Part shown: in pieces, positions 37,324-51,374 of the stretch | Position numbering within the stretch: position 1 is the first letter of the stretch | How the letters are laid out: each line of letters begins with the position of its first letter | NCBI GenBank assembly: GCA_973851085.1 | Contig: OZ316775.1 | Location: forward strand, 13,020,001-13,084,000 | From: Ptychomitrium polyphyllum | Taxonomy: Eukaryota | DNA length: 64,000 nt | Direction of reading: 5' to 3' | Notes under the pieces: generated by a model | Told to the model about the DNA's origin: nothing | What the model saw: the letters and a program-made list of their open reading frames with translations, nothing else | Database searches by the model: none | Program-made: the position numbers and the translations under genes

Positions 37324-40300
37324 TCAAATTTTTGAATGTATATGTGCAATTATCTTCAAATACCTTAATGATTTGATATGGACCAAACCATTTTGGCAAA
37401 AGCTTCCTATGAATTTGATTGTAATGCCTTGAATCATAAACCATCACCAAATTTCCTAGCTTGTTTCAAAATCCGCTTACCCTAAGCCTTTTTCATTTTG
37501 GCTTGAGTGACCTCAATAGCTTGTAGTTACAAGCACTGTAAGCTAATTTTTCACCACATTGCTTGTAAATTGGAGTGCTTGATTAAAGAACCAACTTTGA
37601 TTGGTATTCCAAAATGTGTAACAATCTTTTTATATATAAACCTTGCAATTTATTTTTTAACTAAAATTTTGAATGCTTGCACCTCATCAAACTTAATTAG
37701 ATAATCTATTGCAACAATAATGTAATTAATAAGGATTCCATCAAATCAATTCCCGATTTTTCAAAAAGCCCCCCTTGGAAAAAATTGAATGCAATTCACC
37801 ATTAATTATATACTTGTTAACATAAGCCTAACACACCTCACATTTTTTGCAGTAACTATATGCATTCTTAAACAAAGTTGGCCAATAACACCTTCAAGTT
37901 AATATCTTCTTTGTAGTAATGTCCCTTGCAAAATGTCTTCCATAAAATCCTTCATGAAACTCATATGAGAATTTTGGCACTTCTTCCTTGCTTGTTGCAC
38001 GTTGCAAAAGTTCATTATTTCCACAAAAATATAACAAGTTGCTAGTCAATGTATAAAATCAATTTTTGTGTATAATTTAGTCCTCCATCTACTATGTTGC
38101 ATCTACAAAGAACTTTATTTCATCCAAAAACTAGATAATATTACTGTACTCCTCTACTTATTCTTATACATTAATTACCATCAAATCTAGAAAGTCATCA
38201 TCTTTTGATATTTTTCTCCAAGCTTTGTGCTTATTTGTGATAAGAAATTTAGGTTAGCATGTTTGACACTTGCCTTGTGCTTGATTTCAATATTAAATTC
38301 CTACATTAGTATTATCCACCAAACAATTTATCTTGAAGCATTGGATTTGTTGACAAGATAACTCAATGTTTGGTGATCTATCACAATAGTTGCTTTATTT
38401 CCCAATGAATAATGAAAAAAATTCCTCAAGGCAAAAAGAACCGCCAATCCTTCTATTTTTTTGAGATTGTATAATTCCTTTCAGCTGATGTCAATTATCT
38501 GCTTGCATAATAAATTGGATAATTATAACCTTCATCATTCAATTTAATGGTGTAGTACCTATACCTTTTCCAAAAGCATTAGTGTATACAATAAATGGTT
38601 GTGTTCAATTCAAAAGCTTCAATATAAGAGCATTTTGAAGCTTTTCTTTTAATATTTGAAAAGCCTTCATAGCTTTAGATATCTCTTTATGCAATGGTGC
38701 ATCAATTTTCAATACCTTACTCAAGGATTTATAAGGTATTGCATCCATTGAAACATACCCTTGATAGTAGTTAGTAACTTCCAAAAAAATCCAAACTGCT
38801 TATCTAGTTTTAGAAAAAGATATCTTCACAATAGCTTCAACTTTTATTAGATCATTGCAATTCCATCTTTGGATATAATGTGTTCAACTACTTCTCTTGA
38901 TGGAAATGCTACCTTGATCTTCTCAACATTTAATCTTATATCAACAACATTAAGTCATTGAAATATTTTTTCCAATTTTTCTAAGTCTTTTCTTTGACTT
39001 CCATAAACAACAAAATCATCCATAAAGACTTTTATAAAGATGTCAATGTAAGGTTTTAATACTTTATTTATAAACCTTTGAAATGTTCCTAGAACATTGC
39101 ACAATCCAAATGACAGAACAATATAGCATGCACTCCATGATGAAGCAAATGTTGACTTAAGTTGATCTCCAATTAAAAATTTTACTTAATACTAACCATT
39201 GTATTCATCTCCAAATGTATACATTTAGTATCTAGCTAACTCTTCTAATATCCCATTGCAAAATTTTATAAAATAGCTATCATTTTTAGTGGTTGCATTA
39301 AGTTTTTTATAGTGAATGCATACTCTTTAATTTTCCATTCTTCTGTAGTACCAAAATAATTAGTAATACCCATTTGGAATTTTTCACTAATCTTATAAAT
39401 CTTGTTTCTAAAAATTTGTCCAGCTTTCCTTTCATAATAGTCATATAATTGGAAATCATACAATACGGCTTCTACTTCATAAATTTGGCATTAGTAAGCA
39501 GCTTACTCTTGTAAACTTCCATATTCACATCCTGTAAATTTTTGTAATTATATGCAAAAAAATACACATACTTACAAAATAACTTCTTATATTCATCCCG
39601 CTCCACCAAAAGCAACTCATCTCCCAATTGAAGTTAAAAACTCTTACTTCAAACTCTACTTTATTCAAGGTAAAAAATTTCTTATCCTCATCCATAATCT
39701 TGGTTTCATTTTCACCTCTCTTAATAGACACTTGTTTGTTTTTTGACATGACTTCTATTGCATACACTTTCATAGCATTCATTTATGTTTTATCATCTAA
39801 TAAATCATCTATATAAATACCCTCCATTTTTTAACGTATCAGCCTCAGGTGAATCTAAATTTGATTCATCATCACTTATTATTCTTCTTCCTAGTGGTGT
39901 AAATATTAACTTTTTAATAAAAGAGAATCTTCTCAATAGTAATGTATTATTCATCCTAGTAGTTTTTAACATGTGCTTTTATAAGCCAAGGTCTTCCAAG
40001 TATCATTGAATAAGTTACATTTTCTTTTGCCGCTACATAAAAATCTATTTCTATGACACTTCCAAATACATTAACAACTGCATTTATACATCACCTACAA
40101 GTTTTCAAATCTTCTTGTTTGCCATTTTGAATGTAACTGAAAAAAATTTGTCAAAGTTTAATTCCAAGCACTTCATAACTGTCATAACGTTCACTCATAT
40201 TCTTCCATCTACTAAAATTCCTTTCAACATTGATTCATTATAGTATACATCAATAATAGGATTGTATTCTTGTAGAATTGCAATTGTTTGTACAGCTTTG

Positions 40301-41968
40301 AAAATAAGAAGAGCCTTCTTTACAGACAATCGTTTCTTCAATTATTTTCTGACAAAAGATACTATAATTTTCAATTGGCTCCATTGTAATATCAGCTTTC
40401 TTTTAGCTCACATCTTCTAAAATCAAATATGTACCTTGATTCTTGAATATAACAAAATCTTAAAATCTCAATCTTTGTCTTTTTGTCTTTTTTTTTCTCA
40501 CAATCCATCTTGTGAATCTTTTTCATAAATGGAAACGATTCTTCTTTTGCTTTAGCTGCCATTTTCAGTGGCATAACATCCATCTATGTATGTAAAGAGC
40601 CTTCAATTCTTATAAGGGCCTTATTTCTATCAATGGAGGGTACTTTTTTCTTTAAATTTCACATATTTGGAAAAACTCATCCATTTGCATTCTTGGAAAA
40701 TTTTCTTAAATAACACTCATGCACCTTATAGTTGTAATACTGAATATGCAATAAATTCCAAATGTAAGTACAATTTTTTTTTGGATTGAAACAAATGTAC
40801 ATTTAATTCAATCATTTATTTCAAAAAGATTTTCATGGCAAAACCAATCTTACTTGGCACTTGCAATGGCTTTGCCACCATTGCCCATGTAGCAATTACT
40901 CATGGAGTTTGAATAAGCACAAGTTGCTCTATACTTGATCTTAAAATAATTTCCATGTTTTCTTCTTTCTTTTCAGCAATGCGTATAATTATTCTTATAC
41001 TTCATTTGTTGCTTAATCTTTGGCAACAATCCAATCACATAATATTTCAACACCAAAGAGTCAATAATCATAAAGAATAGAGTATTTTTTGCATGTCCTT
41101 GTGCTCTTAAACTCTTAGCAATTTTTACAATCAAATCATAAATTCTATATGTATACTCTTTCATCTTCTTTAAAACTCCTTGTTTCACTAAGCTCATGTT
41201 ACAAATCAGAGTTTTATAAGAATTTTCCGTATTAATTTTGAAATCAATGCTATATTTATATGCGCTCACAATTCTTTCACATCCATAGTTTGTCTCTCAT
41301 ACCATTGATGAACTCTTCCTTTTAAAAAATTTAGAAGAAAAGAAAAGTTGTCCACATCTTTATTATTTTACTCCTAGTACTAATACATTCTTTTTTTTAT
41401 TCTTTAATAAACATTTTAGGATCCTCATCTTTGTATCCTTAAAAATTGACATGGACTTCATTTTGTTGCCTCAAAATACTTAAAGTTTATTTTTGTTTTC
41501 ATTTCATCTTTTTTTTCCACACAAATTTAGATGTTATCACTTTTTTGTAAAAACTCCCAAAATTTTGCAACTCCATTAATCACAAATTGCATTCTTCTTT
41601 CCACACTTTTGTATTCCAAAGCTCCAAAACAACTAAAGTTGCTCTCATTCACATTTAAATTTCATGCATAGGCTTACCGTCTATATATTCATTATCAAAG
41701 ATTCTACATGAACAAATATATCTTGATTGTTTTTATCTTGTTCAATGCTCAACCAGATTATACAATCCAAAATATGCTCACCTTCTCCACCAATTCTAGA
41801 AAATTCTTTTAAACTAAATTATTTCTTTTTACGTACATTTCTTTCTAATTGTGTAAGTGAATCAATATTATCATTTTTACTTTCACTCATTTTTGTAAGT
41901 GGATTTATTTCTTTTTGACTTGATATTCTTCAAGAATCCACATTTCTTCTCCTTAGAAAACAATTGTG

Positions 41969-41986
41969 TCCCAGTAATAAAACCAA
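41969..41986 (-). other. Putative degenerate primer-binding site (tRNA-Asp-like)
   Basis: Immediately after the LTR end (..TTGACA) the minus strand reads tttTGGttttattactggga. This can be derived mainly by transitions from TGGCGCCGTTGCCGGGGA. Confidence 0.4.
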
Positions 41987-41988
41987 AA

Positions 41989-42526
41989 TGTCAAGGTGCA
42001 TATTATTGAAAATTAATTGGCAACATCAACTACTACATAATTCCAATTCCATCATAGTTCAAGGTAATCTCACCCTTTATAAATTGTAGTTAAGATTAGA
42101 CACTTCACATCTATAACTCCATAACTCTACATAAATTCCATAATACTACATAAATCTGTAATACTACATAAACTCCATAATACTACACAAACTCTACAAC
42201 ACTCTCTTCATCACATAACACAAGGTTAGCAAATGATTCTTAAGTGTCTCTACATTTGGCTACAACCTCCTTATATACCAAAACCTATAAAGACTGTTCT
42301 AACATTATTCCCATTATTTTATCATACTTCTAACAAAAAGTCAATCAAACTTACCTTAAGATTTATCACTAAGTAGACTTTAGCTTCGTCGCCTACCATA
42401 AGTCAAGGCTTTTATCAACATAGTCAGTACAAGTATCTTCAAAGTTACAAGTAAATCCAACTTAATAGTGTCTTATTGGATGAACTTGACCAACTCATAA
42501 GCTCATGTGGCCATCAGGAGCTGGCA
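41989..42526 (-). repeat. 5' LTR of the gypsy element (~540 bp)
   Basis: Minus-strand termini are TGCCA...TGACA. It contains internal ~20-bp repeats (ccataatactacataaa) and matches both 36932-37323 and the split copy at 6490-8226. Confidence 0.8.
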
Positions 42527-45500
42527 TAAACACCCCCTTCATGCTCTATGTTTTCATACTGCATACAAGCTCTTTCAGTGAGACTTTTGGAGGACAGAGT
42601 TGAACACCAATTCTTAACAGTTTGTCATAGTATTGGAGGGGGATATAGTTGGGGATGTGTAGGTGCTGAATGGAGAGACTCAGACTAGCCTAGTTCACAG
42701 CATTAAATCCAAAATGCAGTAAACCATAGATGTGATGTCTGGATTTCAGAGAAGTTCTAATGAAGAAGCTCTGTACAAAATCAGAAATGGTTTATCCTTG
42801 ACTTCTCAGGAATTATCCATGCCAGTATCCACACTCATGATAGATAAGGTTCTTTAATTTTAGAGTTATTTTGTGTAATTTATCTCTGATTCTAATTATT
42901 AGTGTCTCATTTTAAATGTCAAAAAGCTTAATATTATTATAAGTTGATAATCAAACCTTCTATTAGGGTGGCACAAGCAGCTCAACATACTTAAACTGGA
43001 GAACATGACCAAGAGCTGGTTTGGGTAACTTACAGCAAACTTCTTGACAGTAGCAAATGATGATAAGTACACAAACTGGATTGTACTTCTACATTGGGAG
43101 GGGGCAGTGTACTACATATCAGTAGCCCTTTATTGAAAAGAAACGGCTCCGGTATTTCTTGCTTTCTGGGTTCAAACAGGCTCTGCAAATGCAATAAATA
43201 AGTTTGTCCCTTGGACACCAGTTGGTCATGCTCCCCACAAGGGCCATGGGCTAAATAGACAATGATGCTTGTCAGCCACTGTATGTAAGAGCTAGCCTCA
43301 ATCCATTTGGCACTATGTCCAAACCTCAAGGATGTCCTTACTAGAGTCATCTTGAGTTGTACAAGTACTGTGGTTACGGCTCTTAACTTGGTTTGCAGCA
43401 TGTCATGGTTGGCAAAATTTATGCCCCTCTAAAAGAGCAAGCATCCAAAAAGGTGATGATGAACAGATAGTACACCTTGTGTAGGCTTAACCACATTCCT
43501 TTCTTCATTCATGAATCATCATAATACACTCATGCTCTCATTTGTTAAATGTTCATACAAATATTAAATGAGACATTTAATTTAGATTCTCAAAATATGT
43601 TACTGAAGTAGTTTGTTGTTATAACTTGAATATGACCTTCGGATTTATTATCCAATTTAAACACACAGGTCATTAAGCAACATCTATTTTTCACATAATA
43701 TGGCATTCTTTTGTTTCATACGGCAAACTGATGGTTTCACTTTTATGCACATGCAGCTTCTTTCTGTCAAACTAAGCATTTTCTCTATGGAATTTCACAC
43801 ATCAGCAAAAAAGGTTTTCAACATAAGAAATCAAAGAAAACAAATCTCCTTCATGTATGTAGATTGTGTTCCTAGCATCCCTGAATTCATCATGATTTGA
43901 ACTTGTTCATTCAATATAAACTAATTTTATTATTTCATCATAAAGACTCATCTAACTTTGTGCACAGGAAAGGCAAAACTTTTCTATGAGGTATATGTTT
44001 GTGATGAGTGTTAAATGAACTCTTTATCTGTGCCCATCCTTTTGGATCAGAGTCCTTATTCTTCGTTACAAGCAAGTGAATTGGTGTGGAGTCCCATCCA
44101 AAACATAGTTACCCTGTCTATGACAGAAACTCAGAGCCCAGTGAACATTTTCTGATGCAAGGCAGCTGCATCATTCATTGATCTCCTCAGTGTGGGTTAT
44201 CATCAGCCTCCTGTTGCATTATCTCCATGCCATGGACATTGATACTGGGTGCGTATGGAGTCACAACAGACAAAGAACCATTGAAGGAGCATGAACAAAT
44301 AGGATATTGTGAGGTTGGTGTATGAACAAGTTAACAACTTCTGCCATAAATCAAGCCTGGAATGAGCATCTGCATGAACCTCTTTGTTTGGAGGGTTGCA
44401 ATCAAAAGATGGCAGTCACAGATGCATCCATATGGTCTCAAGGTTCCTCAAGGGATGTCAAAACCAAGAATAAACTAAAACTGACCATCAATATGCAATG
44501 CCAACATACTTCAACTCTTTCCACAATGAGTGAGGTGAACATGTACATTTCTAATCACTATACCCCACCATATAAAAGGTACATGCTTATTGTCATCTGT
44601 GTGAGAGATCATACCTAATGTTTGGTTGTGTGTTTGATTAACCCATGCTTCAACCACCAGCATGACAATTCCTGAAGAATTATTGGAGCAGCCAGGTGAA
44701 TATAGTTACACCTTCTTGGACAGATTATAATCTCACTACAGTTACAAATGATAAATTGCTCTGGTGTACTCCAAACATTACTGTTGATGGGTGTTTTCAG
44801 GTAGGATGACTAAAGAAATTAGTGACGCTAATGCCCTGGTGTACTCCAAAATATTCCAAATGGATCCTAAAAGTGCTGCAAATTTGGACTTGGAGTGCTT
44901 TATGCTAAATAATTCCAAATCCAGATTTAAGCTCATTGAAGCAGTCCAATCTGGAATGGGTTTAAAGTGCACTCCGGCACTAAGCATTACTATGGTTTAG
45001 TCACCCTAACCCTGTTGGAAAATGCCGTGTAAGAAAAATTGTGGCAAAACTAATTCTATATTAGAGTTGTTTTTTGTCTGGAAAATCTAAACACAAACAT
45101 GATTGAACATTCCTTAATATTGTATGCAAGGTCTATTTCACCATCTTTGCTTAAAACATAAATATTTCAATATATCAAATGTTCCTTGAAATTTAACTAT
45201 TGTTAAGTTGATTTTAATCTTTTATATATCCATACTTTTTTGGCATATGTGTTTAAGAATAATTTTTGTCAAATGTGACCCTTGCACATGGAACAATAAA
45301 TACATAAGTTTGTAACGTCCTGCATAATCCTACAAATGTTGATCCATCCATTGGAAGTAAATGGCTCTCAAAGTTGATTACCCCATTGAATAAATTTCAG
45401 TCATTTCTTTAGAATTCACTCAAAAAGTGTTAATCCCTTGTTTCTCAAGCCACTGACACTTCAATATGTATTGATATGTTTGCATACATGATTTAAGACC

Positions 45501-45907
45501 CATCTTTATTGAGACTGCAAAAACTTTGCAGACAGTTTGCTTCAAAGTAGTGCAAAATACTTTAAAAGGTAGAATTGAGTTCAAGAGACATTTAGATAAT
45601 TTTTATTAAAGATATCCAGGAACTTATTGGCTATTGCAGAAAAATCTCAAGGCTGCATTACAAATTGTTTTTCATTTATATTAAATTTGACACTGTTTTC
45701 AATATTAAATACATTTACATATCAAACATTGTGGAAATAAATGAAGTACACTAACTTCTATGTGCACAAAAAATAAAGTTCAATTTTCAATTTATAAAAA
45801 GTGATAAACTCTAATAAAAAAATTATGCAAAAACTCAATTTTACTTCAACTATTGCAATCACTTGAGCTGGATACGTTTGTATATCGAAACATATCAAAA
45901 TTCAAAA

Positions 45908-46015
45908 ATATATATATATATATATATAAATATATATATATTTATATATTTATATATATTTATATATATTTATATTTTTATATATTTTTATATATTTTTA
46001 TTTTTATTTTTATAT
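45908..46015. repeat. Degenerate TA/TATT low-complexity tract
   Basis: Directly visible. Confidence 0.9.
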
Positions 46016-49000
46016 TACATGAGATTTAGCCTCTTCGGAATATTATAATTCATCTTTTAAATATATTCTGATATTAATTGGAAAGAATACCCATTTGCTG
46101 CCATTATATGCTAAAACACCTATGCAACTTTTTCCTTGATGCAACTTTTTGATTGCTTATCCAGAATGAAAGAAAATAATCTGTTTTTAAATCTTTGGTG
46201 ATACATGCTTTATAGGAAAATATAAAGGTCACAGATCATAAGTGAACGATGCTTCAAGCAATTCTATTGCATTTGAGACATTCATCAACACCTCGTTTAT
46301 TATCTAAATCACCATATGATTACAACTCCATTTATAATCACTTTTTATAGTGGAGTCACCAACCTTTATGCATTGGTTGATTGTTGGCTAACATCACCTT
46401 GAAACATCACCATGCAGGCCTCTACATTGGATGAAATTATATATTATAAGTTAATAGTAGCAAAGGGCCACCACAATTGCTTCTCAACCTTCCATGTTAG
46501 TTGCATCTATTCCTGCCATTGGTAAGGCCCTTACTATTTCATACATTCCAGTTAATACCTTATAATCTTGAATATAGGAAATGTTTGAAAAACATATAAA
46601 ATAATGAACTTTTTTGGAAGGGACATGTGACCTTTTTTCGAGGATGCAACAAAGAACAAAATGCTGCCGGCCATGTTTGAGAGGCCCAAGTGCTGATATT
46701 ATTCTTAATAAACTATTGGACATCCCAAAGTACCACTTAAAAATAAACTAGAACTTAGATATGCTTAGAGCAACACAATTTTATTTAATGACAGTATAAT
46801 AAAGAATTGTTTGGTACCTGCCATCTTTTTTATTTATTTATTTGATATAAGTTTGAATCAAGCCATCATTTCTGTGCATTTTTTATTCGAAGAACTTAAT
46901 TTGGAACCTATGGTCAATAATGACTTTAACGTATATACAAGTGAATGTAAAGAAAATGAATGAAATTGAAATTAAAGTGATTGCATTAATCATTGTATTA
47001 GATTCCTTCTTTACATATTATTTTATTTTATTTTGAATTTATAATCCTATTATAAATTTTGTGAACAATCAAAATTGAAATTAAACTTCAACTCAAGGAA
47101 AAAAATTAGTTTTTATAATTATTTTTATTGTCTTTATTAAAGAGTCAATTACCAATTGACAACTCAAATTAATAATTTCCCTCAAATTGAGGAAAATTAG
47201 TAATTAATAGCAACTTGGCTTAGATCAATAGTGTAATTTATAATTAAACTTAATTTAGTGTATAACAAGGAGCCATCTTAGATACAACAAGAAATTTTTA
47301 TTTATTGGCTTCTTTGTGTAAGTTTTTGAACCCTTCTTATACATTCTTTTGCTAATAGATTTCCTTGCATCATCTTCAAGTCTTATTCTCTAATGAAACT
47401 AATTTTATGAATGGAAGTAAAAATCTCTATTTGATTTGAGAGTTGATTTTGAAGATTTTTGAATGTTCTTTGATGAAACTCACTATTTTGGATTCTCAAG
47501 TGCTACTTTGTTAAATTTTCAAGTAATGTAATGATTAATTTATAGGAAATTATTTGAAGGAGTTTTTTTCTATACTTAACAATCTTAATAATAGCAAAGT
47601 ATTAATAAAATAAAACATATATATCATAATAATTTTTTGATATATTCAAGTAATCTATAGAATTATCTTTAAAAATAAACTAAAGTAAACTTGTAAGAAA
47701 TTTTATTGCAAAACCATCTTGTAAACCACATATAAATAGAACTAAATTATATTGAACTCTAGCTTTTAAATACTATGCACAACCATATCGGTGATCACAT
47801 CACCTAAAATATTCATTGTAAAACTGGCTTTCTGACCACACTCAAACAAGTTCAAAAGTTAAAAAATAACATGAGCAAAACATTTCTATGAAGAACTGTT
47901 CGAGCAGTTGCATCACTAAAACAATCGCCCTCTCCAATGTGTATCCTATGCCAAGGTTAAGTCAAAATAAATAAACTAAAATTTGGAATGGTAAAAGATT
48001 TTTTGAATCTAACAAAGAATGTTAAAAGTTTGAAGGAATCGTACAACATGGAATTCAAAAGAAATCTGATTATAGAGAATAACATTATTTGAAAGTCATG
48101 GATCACATCTGAAATTTTTTATCAGGGAATGTTGAAACGTCATTAACGCCAAAAATTAAATCATTTGGCAGTAACGTTAAATCTGACCTTGCGGTCTGGT
48201 GTCAAGCAGCACTCCAACAATTAAACTCAAATGTATACTTGGCTTCTACTAGAGATTTTCATTCTGATATTCTGTCAATCTCTTCAAAGTCAGAGTGTTT
48301 GGTAACAAGGACTAACACCTTTAGTTGGGCCTACTATGGAATGTAACACTGTTTGAGTTGTAGAATAGCTGCATGTAATGCGGTCAGAAGTTTTGCAAAG
48401 TTGAAAGTGAGGCTGGAAGTTAATACACTCCATAGCAACCAAAAAGTTGGCAGTGGTGACTACTCTCAATGATTAAAGCTAGGGCGTTCAAATTTATAGC
48501 TATGCTATGCTACTGTAGCTATGCAAAACAAATAACAAATATTTATTCTAAAACAAAAACGTTACACCAGTGGACGTTGAAGGATCGTAAGGAAATATTC
48601 ATCTTGTTTTAAAATCATAGCATCTTAAATATGGTCAAAAATAGGCGTGGGCAAAAAATATGAGTCAAAAGTAATATAATATAGTCAGCATGGGTTTGTA
48701 TATCGCACTAACTTCCTTTAATCCTTTTGTGCACAAGTGACCATATTGTGGTTCATTGCATAACATTCTTTAGTCCTGTGACCATGTACCATAATCAATA
48801 ATATCACATCTTTTTTCCCGAGTACTAAATTTTGTTGAGCATTTTTTACATTTGAAATACCTAACTATATGTTATAATATAGAAGTAGTGCCAGATCATT
48901 TTGTAAAATGAGTGTGTTGAAAATGGAAACAAAACCAATCTATAGATCATTCATTTTGGAAAAAAGTTCAAAAAATTAATCATTGAATAGATAATATTAG

Positions 49001-49499
49001 TTAATATTTGTCGTGAATTGCAATGGAATTTGTAGCAAATAAATCCAAAAATATTGCAATGAATATTTTTTAAACCATGCAATAAATTGATGAAATTCCA
49101 ATTATGTATTTATTAGGTGATTTTAAACTTCAAATTTGTTACTTTTTCTTAATATGTATTTTCTCAAGAAGTGTGCACATTATTATGATTGAATTCCATT
49201 GATGTATTGCAAGTTTCTTGAGTGCAAAAAGTAATACTTAGTTGTATACTTCTTCTATGTATAGGTTTCCAAATTTGCTAGAAAGTCCTAATACATGATT
49301 TGGACATGGTAAAACAAATATTTTTACTAATTCTAGATTTTTAAAAAAAAATTCGGACTCCTAAATTAGTGGAGAGATGATCACATTTCAATGGGATTAT
49401 GCTTCATTAATTTGGATGTCATTGTTATTAAACTAATGACATTTAATAATATCAACTTTAAATTTTGGATATAGATCATTATTTTTAATGACAGGGTGG

Positions 49500-51200
49500 T
49501 TGATTTAAAACTTGGGATTTCTTGTAATTGGGCAATTGAAACTTGAAATTTGAAATATGAGGTCACAAAGACGGTGATTGAAAATTTACAACTAATCAAA
49601 AGATAAATAAGATTTGCAAGACAAATTGGAGGTTATTAATAGTTGTGAGGCAATTTGAAGGTAATACAAAAGTTTTAGATTTGTCATATATATACTCATT
49701 ATTCTAATTTGGAGGCAATTGTGTTACACTATCTTAGCAAAAGAAAGATCAATAAAATGATGCATGCTAATTGGTAATTAGAGTGTTGTTGTAGATTGTA
49801 GCCTGCTTTTAAAAATTGTCCTTTTATAAGCCGTAGTGTGTTTTTAAATTTTATTCTTGATAATAAGGTTTGAGTTGTGAAGCACTTTGGAATTTCAATT
49901 GCTTGATACAAATACAATTGCTTCCTACATACTATTAAAGTGTAGATTTTCAAAATTGTATCATTTGGATGAAAATCATAAAATTTATTAGATTACCTTT
50001 TAATGAAATTGTTCATTTAATAACTTGCATAATGTGTTATTTCTAATAAGTTGATAACATGTCACTTCTACATCTTTAATTTTTTTTATAGCTTATCACA
50101 TAAAAAATAGTTTCAAATTAATTTTTTTGTGGTTTGTCATATTGACATTATTAAAAATGTTGCTTTTAATAAAAAATTTACAATAAAATTGATGAAGGAG
50201 CTTAAAAAATATAGTTATCTCTTAACATTTATTAAAAGACAAAATACATTATTGGAGATTAAAATGAGGTTTAAATATAAATGAAAAATATTACAAATAT
50301 CTACATGTCTTTAGGATTCAAATAAATACAAAGTAATGAACAACTGGTTATTAAATATTTTCAATTTCCATTTGTAAAATCATATATGTTGTTAAATATT
50401 TCCAAGAGATAAAAAATTAATTCAAAATAATACATGATAATTTTATATTTTGATGCCTTTTTCTAATGTTTTTAAATCTATTTAATTTACTTCCAAACAC
50501 AATGAAATTCAACATGTGGACTTGTTTTCTTAACAATTTGTAATAAGATATTTGAGAAAAAGCAAGAATGTCAAAATTTCAACTTCTACTTTATACAAGC
50601 TCGTTAATGCAAACTTCTTTTAAGTATCACTGTCATATTGAAGAAACATGGCAAAATCTAAGTGGCTATCATGCTACATGTTGAACTAAGTTTTTGTTTT
50701 GGAATTTATTTAATTTCATCTAAAATATAATTCTAATAATTAAGATTCATTTTGTCTTTTAAATGACTAAGTAAATTTGGCAAATTTTGGATGCATTTTA
50801 ATTTGTGGCCTCCACAATTTTGATGAAGTACATTGCTAATGTAAAGATAATACATTCTTGTAATGTTTTTTCTTAATCTTTTCTAGTGTAAAAAGGTGTA
50901 TGACTTAAATCTTACAAACTTGAGATCCTTGCATCAAATTTGGCCTTTTGCTTGATTGATCAAAATGCATTTTAAGAGGATTAATTGATTGTACCTCAAA
51001 ACAATATTGTATGTGAATTGCAATAATTGAAAGTTTAAAACTTTGTGAATTCTTTCTTAAAGATATTACTCAAGATATCATCTAGTACTATTGGCCACAA
51101 TGCTTCTTACTTTCATTTATATATTACCTATGACAATTTTTTTAATTCATTCAAGATAAATCTTAAAACAATACAATTTCAAGTAGGTTAATTGCTTTCT
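49500..51200 (-). mobile_element. Very decayed Ty1/copia-like internal remnant (gag to integrase)
   Basis: Minus-strand fragments occur in copia order: EALWPIV (~51100), LKMHFDQ..DARISSL, IQNLP, NFLSLGK (~50410, cf. NLLSVG) and PYYQE*N..KRTI (~49850). Each match is short and weak. Confidence 0.4.
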
Positions 51201-51374
51201 TATTGTCCATAATCATATTTTTTATCACAAAAACATTTGTAGTAATTATTTGTAGTCTTAGCTAAAAACCAATTTAGATGTTGTACAAATACAAATATGT
51301 AATTAAAATATTGAAATCTACAATACTAATAACATTCAAACACCTAAACTTTGTACTACATACCTTATTCTGTA

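Larger units (their letters stand above)
36932..42526 (-). mobile_element. Degenerate Ty3/gypsy LTR retrotransposon (non-chromovirus-like)
   Basis: Minus strand: RT FGLCNVLGTFQRFINK..IKVFMDDFVVYG (FMDD at 39026-39015), RNase H-like region ~38.6-38.3 kb, integrase zinc-finger region ~37.95 kb and GPY/F motif KLLPKWFGPYQI ~37.4 kb. Order is RT-RH-INT. It is flanked by direct repeats and has many stops and frameshifts. Confidence 0.9.
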
